Source of the DNA: a virus | DNA length: 64,000 bases | Strand: one strand, 5' to 3' | IMG/VR virus record: IMGVR_UViG_3300027881_000007 | Span: 49,345-113,344 of that record | Shown here: piece by piece, positions 59,115 to 64,000 of the stretch | How positions within the stretch are numbered: position 1 is the first letter of the stretch | Layout: each line of letters opens with the position of its first letter | Notes under the pieces: generated by a model | Told to the model about the DNA's origin: nothing | The model's database searches: none | The model's input: the letters and a program-made list of their open reading frames with translations, nothing else | Translations under genes and position numbers: made by a program

Positions 59115-59663
59115 TTACCCTCTTGGTGGTGGTGGTGGAGTTGTACTAGTTGATGTAGTCGTCGTATATGTAGTCGAAGTTCTAACATGCTGAGATTGTT
59201 CAAAATCTATCCTTAACTCTTTTAATTTTTCAAAGAAATCAAACTTGTTGTCTGCCCTAACTGGTTCTCTTTGTTCAGCAATTTCATGGTCATCAATTAT
59301 TGTAACCTTCTCACACTCCTTACATACCGCTAGTTTTCTCGTTATATTACTATTCTTCACATGACTCCATGCAAATACACGCGAAACTTCTATCCAATCA
59401 ATACTACCACATGGACAAAATACTTTGTGAAACCACTCAAAGGGTTCCTCTTGAAGACCGGTGGAGGGGTCATGAAAAGGCATAACCGTACTACTCAGAT
59501 TATGATTATGACCAGGTACTGCATGAGTGTGGCCATGCGTCACACCGGTGTGAGAATGACCAGCGCCCGGAACTGAATGAGAGTGTGGATTACCCCCAAC
59601 AGTCACACCTCCTCCAGCACCTTTTTGTAACTTCTTTAACTCCTTCTTTATTCTCTTAATCAC
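59115..59663 (-). CDS. hypothetical protein with His-rich tract and Zn ribbon
   Basis: HSH/HTH repeats; CPCG...CKEC. Confidence 0.55.
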   Translation of the reverse strand: MIKRIKKELKKLQKGAGGGVTVGGNPHSHSVPGAGHSHTGVTHGHTHAVPGHNHNLSSTVMPFHDPSTGLQEEPFEWFHKVFCPCGSIDWIEVSRVFAWSHVKNSNITRKLAVCKECEKVTIIDDHEIAEQREPVRADNKFDFFEKLKELRIDFEQSQHVRTSTTYTTTTSTSTTPPPPPRG

Positions 59664-59954
59664 TTATTCCCTCACTATACCATAGACCTCACCATAGGCC
59701 AATACTTTGTAAAGTACTCCATTGAGCAAAATATCCTGTCCAGCACTTCTATGACATACAACAACTTCACCAGGTTTAATTGTTTCAATGGTTTCTCCAA
59801 CAGACATCACTCTACCATGAAGTTGTGGCATCTGATTGGCGGTATCAGGAATTAGTATTCCAGCCTCAGTCTTCTGTGATTCTTTTATCACTTCAACTAT
59901 CACTTTGTCAAGTACCGCTTGAATCATACTTTTCTCCTTTTTAGATAAAGTCAA
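59664..59954 (-). CDS. groES: co-chaperonin GroES
   Basis: LDKVIV...KTEAGILIPD...G.V.SVG...IKPGEVV. Confidence 0.88.
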   Translation of the reverse strand: MTLSKKEKSMIQAVLDKVIVEVIKESQKTEAGILIPDTANQMPQLHGRVMSVGETIETIKPGEVVVCHRSAGQDILLNGVLYKVLAYGEVYGIVRE

Positions 59955-60612
59955 ACATCAAATGCATTCTCGTTGAAATGTTCACCTTGAACTCTTCAGC
60001 TGCATCAAGTACAAATGGTGTATTCTTCAGTAACTCGTCCCTGTTGCATCCTTGTGGCATTAAATAAATCCTATCATTAATGCCCATCTCAGCTACTTTT
60101 TGCACAAAGTTAAAATTCTCACGAGTTTCATAAAACACAACTTTTACATAAATATTTGGATACTTCACTGCCCACTTAACAAGATCAACTGCATCATCTA
60201 CATCATGAGGTAAAAACATCTTTGGTGATAAGACATAATTAGTTCTATCATTATTAGTTCTTTTATATAAATCTTTCAACCGATAACCATTTGTTTCAAC
60301 GTTTGCAAATGGATATTCCAACTTCCTCAACAACAGACTTGCATCAGTAATGTGGGCATCCCATGTGGGTTCTCCACCAGTTATCATCAATCCACACTTT
60401 TGATCATTGAGTATTTTTTGTATCTCCTTTAATGAATATTCGGCCTCCGGACTCACTCTCATTTTGACCAACGTGTCACACCAATTACATGCCTCTTTTC
60501 TTTCAACACGATCACAGTGTTTGAATCTAATGAGAAGCATTGACTTGCCTGTGTCCGGCCCTTCGCCCTGCCAAGTTTGAATACATTCGATTGCTTTAAT
60601 CTTCTTTTTCAT
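59941..60612 (-). CDS. queE: 7-carboxy-7-deazaguanine synthase-like radical SAM protein
   Basis: TWQGEG...IRF..C...CNWCDT, ITGGEP, VETNG, LSPK, R.H. Confidence 0.8.
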   Translation of the reverse strand: MKKKIKAIECIQTWQGEGPDTGKSMLLIRFKHCDRVERKEACNWCDTLVKMRVSPEAEYSLKEIQKILNDQKCGLMITGGEPTWDAHITDASLLLRKLEYPFANVETNGYRLKDLYKRTNNDRTNYVLSPKMFLPHDVDDAVDLVKWAVKYPNIYVKVVFYETRENFNFVQKVAEMGINDRIYLMPQGCNRDELLKNTPFVLDAAEEFKVNISTRMHLMFDFI

Positions 60613-60631
60613 GTGACTCCTTTCCATTTTT

Positions 60632-60641
60632 TATTTGTTCT
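60632..60641 (-). promoter_or_regulatory. putative phage promoter motif RGAACAAA(T/A)
   Basis: recurs at about 5522, 14691, 27725, 34973, 50353, 55896 and 57533, ahead of minus-strand units. Confidence 0.55.
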
Positions 60642-60729
60642 TAAACCCTAGTTCTTTTTCTCATAAATAAAGTTACTATATATATTAATTCCTAAGGGAA
60701 ACGACTGACTTTTAAAGGAGGAGATTGCT

Positions 60730-60948
60730 ATGAGAACTTTAACTAGAAACATAGTTGCTTTTGCATTTGGTGGACTTGCACTCATACTAGTCCTCTATGC
60801 AGAGGCAGAGGGTATTCCATTTTATGAACTCCTAACCCCAGTGATACTTATAATGACAGGAGTCTTTGTAGGTATCAACAACAAGGGTATTGAGTTCGTC
60901 TCAGCTGTAGGTGGTTGTCTTATCACCTATTTCTACATTATGTCATAA
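60730..60948 (+). CDS. small membrane protein
   Basis: AGGAGG RBS; hydrophobic. Confidence 0.6.
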   Translation: MRTLTRNIVAFAFGGLALILVLYAEAEGIPFYELLTPVILIMTGVFVGINNKGIEFVSAVGGCLITYFYIMS

Positions 60949-61001
60949 GGAACCGAGAGGGACTTCGGTCCCTCTCAACCTCTCCAAAAAAGGGAAATTA
61001 T

Positions 61002-61247
61002 ATGAAAAAATATATATCCTGTTTTTTAGTTGGGATCATCGGTATGACCTCTGTACTATCATGCCAAACAGCTGGTTTAGCACTCGCCGCCTTATTTCTT
61101 TCTGCAGTGGTTATTGGTATATTAACCGCAGATAGAAAAAAAGGTTTTACGGTGCAAACAGTCATTGGAACCTTTATAGCTATTGCAGGTTACATGGCTG
61201 GATTAATAATTGTAGTAATTTTCTTCCCACACTTTATAGGATTGTAG
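61002..61247 (+). CDS. small membrane protein
   Basis: three hydrophobic segments. Confidence 0.55.
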   Translation: MKKYISCFLVGIIGMTSVLSCQTAGLALAALFLSAVVIGILTADRKKGFTVQTVIGTFIAIAGYMAGLIIVVIFFPHFIGL

Positions 61248-61332
61248 ACGGTAGTACTGAGTTAGACAGCAAATAGCTGTCTTCCCCTAACTCGGTATGA
61301 AGGGGGTGGACCGATGCCCGCCCCCTTTTTTT

Positions 61333-64000
61333 CTAGATTGTCATTGACTGTTGCTTCGGACTCATTACTGGTTCTAACATTAAGTTATATCTATCTATCC
61401 ATGCAAACTTCAACATAGCCTTAACATCAACTACATAATATGGCGGGAGAGATATTTCTTCATCTGGTAGAGATATATAATCTATCTTTTTACCATTTGA
61501 CAAAAATTTCTTATTATATTTTTCAGCCACTTCTGGAGGTGCTGTCATAAGGTCAATTCCACTTAACTTAAATAAATAACCCTTCGAACCTGTATCAAAG
61601 ATTTTATATTCCAGTTCGTTCCAGTTCAACATTGAAATTACTCCGGGAGGTACTCTCTTATACTGACTCAACTTCCTTCCAAATGCAGATGGTCTAGCTA
61701 CTCCCTTATCTCCTTCCCCTATCTTTCGACGGAAAATGCTCTCTCTTGAATGAATGAAATCCATAATTTTCTTTATTGATACTTCATCTGATTTTAGAAT
61801 TAAATCCAACAATTCACTAAGAGACTCTTTTGTATAACTTGGATAATCACTTCGCTTTGTTGCAATTCCCATATTCACTATTTCGTCTGTCTTCCTACCT
61901 TCTTGAGAGATCACATAAATTGCATAATGTTTCTTTGCTAAAAATAAACCCCTCTTAATAATTAGTTCGTTCTTCAACTCCAAACGATTTCTTAATGGAG
62001 GAACATTATGTCTATCAATGAGGGGAGCAATAATTTGATTATTTAAAAATGTCTGAATTTCATCACACCATCCACCGATCTTGCCCATTATCTCATCTTC
62101 TGATTTAGTCTTATCTACTATTTCATCAAATGTGACAAATAGACTATCTGTATCACCAGTGATAATGAACTCAGTATCTCTACTAACATCTCCGTACATT
62201 TCCTGTTTTGTCAAGGGTTCGGGAATCTCATATTCAGAGATGCCTTTCTTAATCATATCAACATAATTATTTCCATGAATAATCGAAGTTTTGAGTGACT
62301 CTTGCCCGCTCAGGGTAATGCTACTCCCGAGATCATCATGGTAAAATCTAAAGAAATGATTTGTAAGAATTCCATATAACGCATTTGCTAAAACTTTATA
62401 GACTAATTGACGACCATGGTACATATCATGTAGATGATCTTCTCCTGCCTGTTTTGCATCAAACATCCTGTCTTTATACTCTTTTCTAGAACTTAATAAA
62501 TGATCTAACACCTCAGCATAAATTGAAACTTCTTTATCATGGGGTTTATAAAAACATCCATTTATTGTATATGTAAGATTTGCATCTTTGACTTTTTTCA
62601 TAAAGTCTTCTTTTTTAACCTTCATTTCTTGATTAAGAAATCCTGGATCATAAACTATATCAAACTCTTCTGGAAGTTTATCAGGATAATAGACAAAGTC
62701 ATATCCTAATGTATGGTCTTTAAACTTCGCAACAAATGTATTAATTCCAATATTATAAGTTAATATCAAACTCGGATACAGAGAGGTAAAATCGAAATCA
62801 ACAATATACTCATGGATACCTGTTCTAGGTTCCTTGACAAATGCTCCAGGAATTGATGCTTCCTTCACTTTATGAACATTGGCATTTCTTGAAGCAAATC
62901 CTTTATCTTTTAAGAATGAAATCACCAAACTATCAAGTTTGCCAAGATTACTAAATGCTCCAGCAAAACTTGAACTACCAATCTTTCTTATCTCATTCTC
63001 TAAGACTATAAGTCTAAGTTTATTATCTATTCTCAATATTAACTCAACGTCCTTTGTGTTGTAATCAAGTGCTCCATTAATATCTTTCTCATATTTCTCG
63101 GAGAAGTTTTCACCTACATCAGTTTTTGCTTCACCTAATTCTTCTTGTGCTATTGTCCCAAGTCGATAATTCTCTTTCTGTGTGAATGTAAAACTTTTAT
63201 ATAGTCTGAGTAAATCAAGTATAACCATACCAGCAATTTCACAGTATGTTCTCTTTTCATCAATTGCAAATGATACTTCATTAAACTTCGAAAGGGACTC
63301 TTGCTTTATTCTTAATTTCTTACATCTGTTGTAAATATAATAAAGGTCAAATCCAATTACATTCCAACCTACAAGAAAGTCTGGTTCCAAAGCTCTCATA
63401 TCTTTTATAAAATTAAGAAGCATTTCACGCTCAGTTTTGAAAATATGAATAGGATCATCTCTTGTAGATATGATATCTGGAGCATTCTTGTCATTCAGAA
63501 GACTTTTATTATCAACTACATATGTTATATATTTTCCATGATAATAATATCCTATAACGCAAATTGGTTGTTTGGCATCTTCAACATTTGGAAACTCTTT
63601 CGTTTTACTGTAGGTCTCAATATCCAAGAACATTATGTTCAGTTCTGTCTCGGGGGGTTCCCCTTTACTAAAATGATAATAGTCCTGAGCATACTTTACT
63701 GATATTCTTATGTCCCCTTCATATGTCCTTTCTGGATCTAATTGTGATTTCTGTCTATATGGAACCTTGATTACTTCTAACTTATCATATTCTATAAGGT
63801 GCCTATTATCAATCCCTTCTGGAAGTCTATAACAATAATAATCATCGTTCTCTTTATGATAAATTTTCTTATTGTCCTTATCTCTAAAGACGTGTAAAAC
63901 CTCTTTTGTTTTATTTAAGAATTGAACATCAACAAGTCTGTAATCTGGTCCATAAAACTTCTCTGGAATTTTATAGCGATATTTTCCTGTTCCAACAGCA
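61333..64000 (-). CDS. polB: family B DNA polymerase (5' end lies outside the window)
   Basis: DIET exonuclease I motif, DFTSLYPS, KVLANALYG, TGDTDS, KKHY; frame stays open from 63633 to the window edge. Confidence 0.93.
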   Translation of the reverse strand, partial: AVGTGKYRYKIPEKFYGPDYRLVDVQFLNKTKEVLHVFRDKDNKKIYHKENDDYYCYRLPEGIDNRHLIEYDKLEVIKVPYRQKSQLDPERTYEGDIRISVKYAQDYYHFSKGEPPETELNIMFLDIETYSKTKEFPNVEDAKQPICVIGYYYHGKYITYVVDNKSLLNDKNAPDIISTRDDPIHIFKTEREMLLNFIKDMRALEPDFLVGWNVIGFDLYYIYNRCKKLRIKQESLSKFNEVSFAIDEKRTYCEIAGMVILDLLRLYKSFTFTQKENYRLGTIAQEELGEAKTDVGENFSEKYEKDINGALDYNTKDVELILRIDNKLRLIVLENEIRKIGSSSFAGAFSNLGKLDSLVISFLKDKGFASRNANVHKVKEASIPGAFVKEPRTGIHEYIVDFDFTSLYPSLILTYNIGINTFVAKFKDHTLGYDFVYYPDKLPEEFDIVYDPGFLNQEMKVKKEDFMKKVKDANLTYTINGCFYKPHDKEVSIYAEVLDHLLSSRKEYKDRMFDAKQAGEDHLHDMYHGRQLVYKVLANALYGILTNHFFRFYHDDLGSSITLSGQESLKTSIIHGNNYVDMIKKGISEYEIPEPLTKQEMYGDVSRDTEFIITGDTDSLFVTFDEIVDKTKSEDEIMGKIGGWCDEIQTFLNNQIIAPLIDRHNVPPLRNRLELKNELIIKRGLFLAKKHYAIYVISQEGRKTDEIVNMGIATKRSDYPSYTKESLSELLDLILKSDEVSIKKIMDFIHSRESIFRRKIGEGDKGVARPSAFGRKLSQYKRVPPGVISMLNWNELEYKIFDTGSKGYLFKLSGIDLMTAPPEVAEKYNKKFLSNGKKIDYISLPDEEISLPPYYVVDVKAMLKFAWIDRYNLMLEPVMSPKQQSMTI

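Noticed and set aside
61333-63633. Polymerase start at MFLDIET, or a split polymerase
   Set aside because: The reading frame stays open upstream to position 64000, so the true start is outside the window

Overview
This is a 64 kb segment of a large T4-like tailed phage genome: AT-rich, densely coding, standard genetic code, with TAG used as a stop. The minus strand carries a head module (gp20-like portal, prohead protease, gp23-like major capsid, acidic scaffold-like proteins and an extra papain-family protease) and a long block of paralogous tail/virion-surface proteins. It also carries replication and nucleotide genes: family B polymerase running off the right edge, DnaB helicase, thymidylate synthase, QueE, two tandem TGT/DpdA-like genes, a macrodomain protein and GroES. 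Further minus-strand genes include a GH108 endolysin, an APS kinase with a sulfotransferase cluster, a ferredoxin, a stand-alone MshEN protein, an atypical tRNA-Gly and two families of small Cys-rich paralogs. A mostly plus-strand accessory island (about 27.8-41.5 kb) has its own promoter motif and holds a structured ncRNA candidate, seven secreted proteins and a tRNA-like RNA with a giant extra arm. The main feature of the island is a long 36-nt-period dual-repeat array (AGTGAACC-N10-AGnnnnCC-N10, about 57 edge repeats). The array is split by one small gene and runs directly into an IS110/Nop-domain protein with no recognisable nuclease domain. This matches the TIGR-Tas RNA-guided system, TasA-like type. 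All assignments come from motif recognition by eye; no database searches were run.
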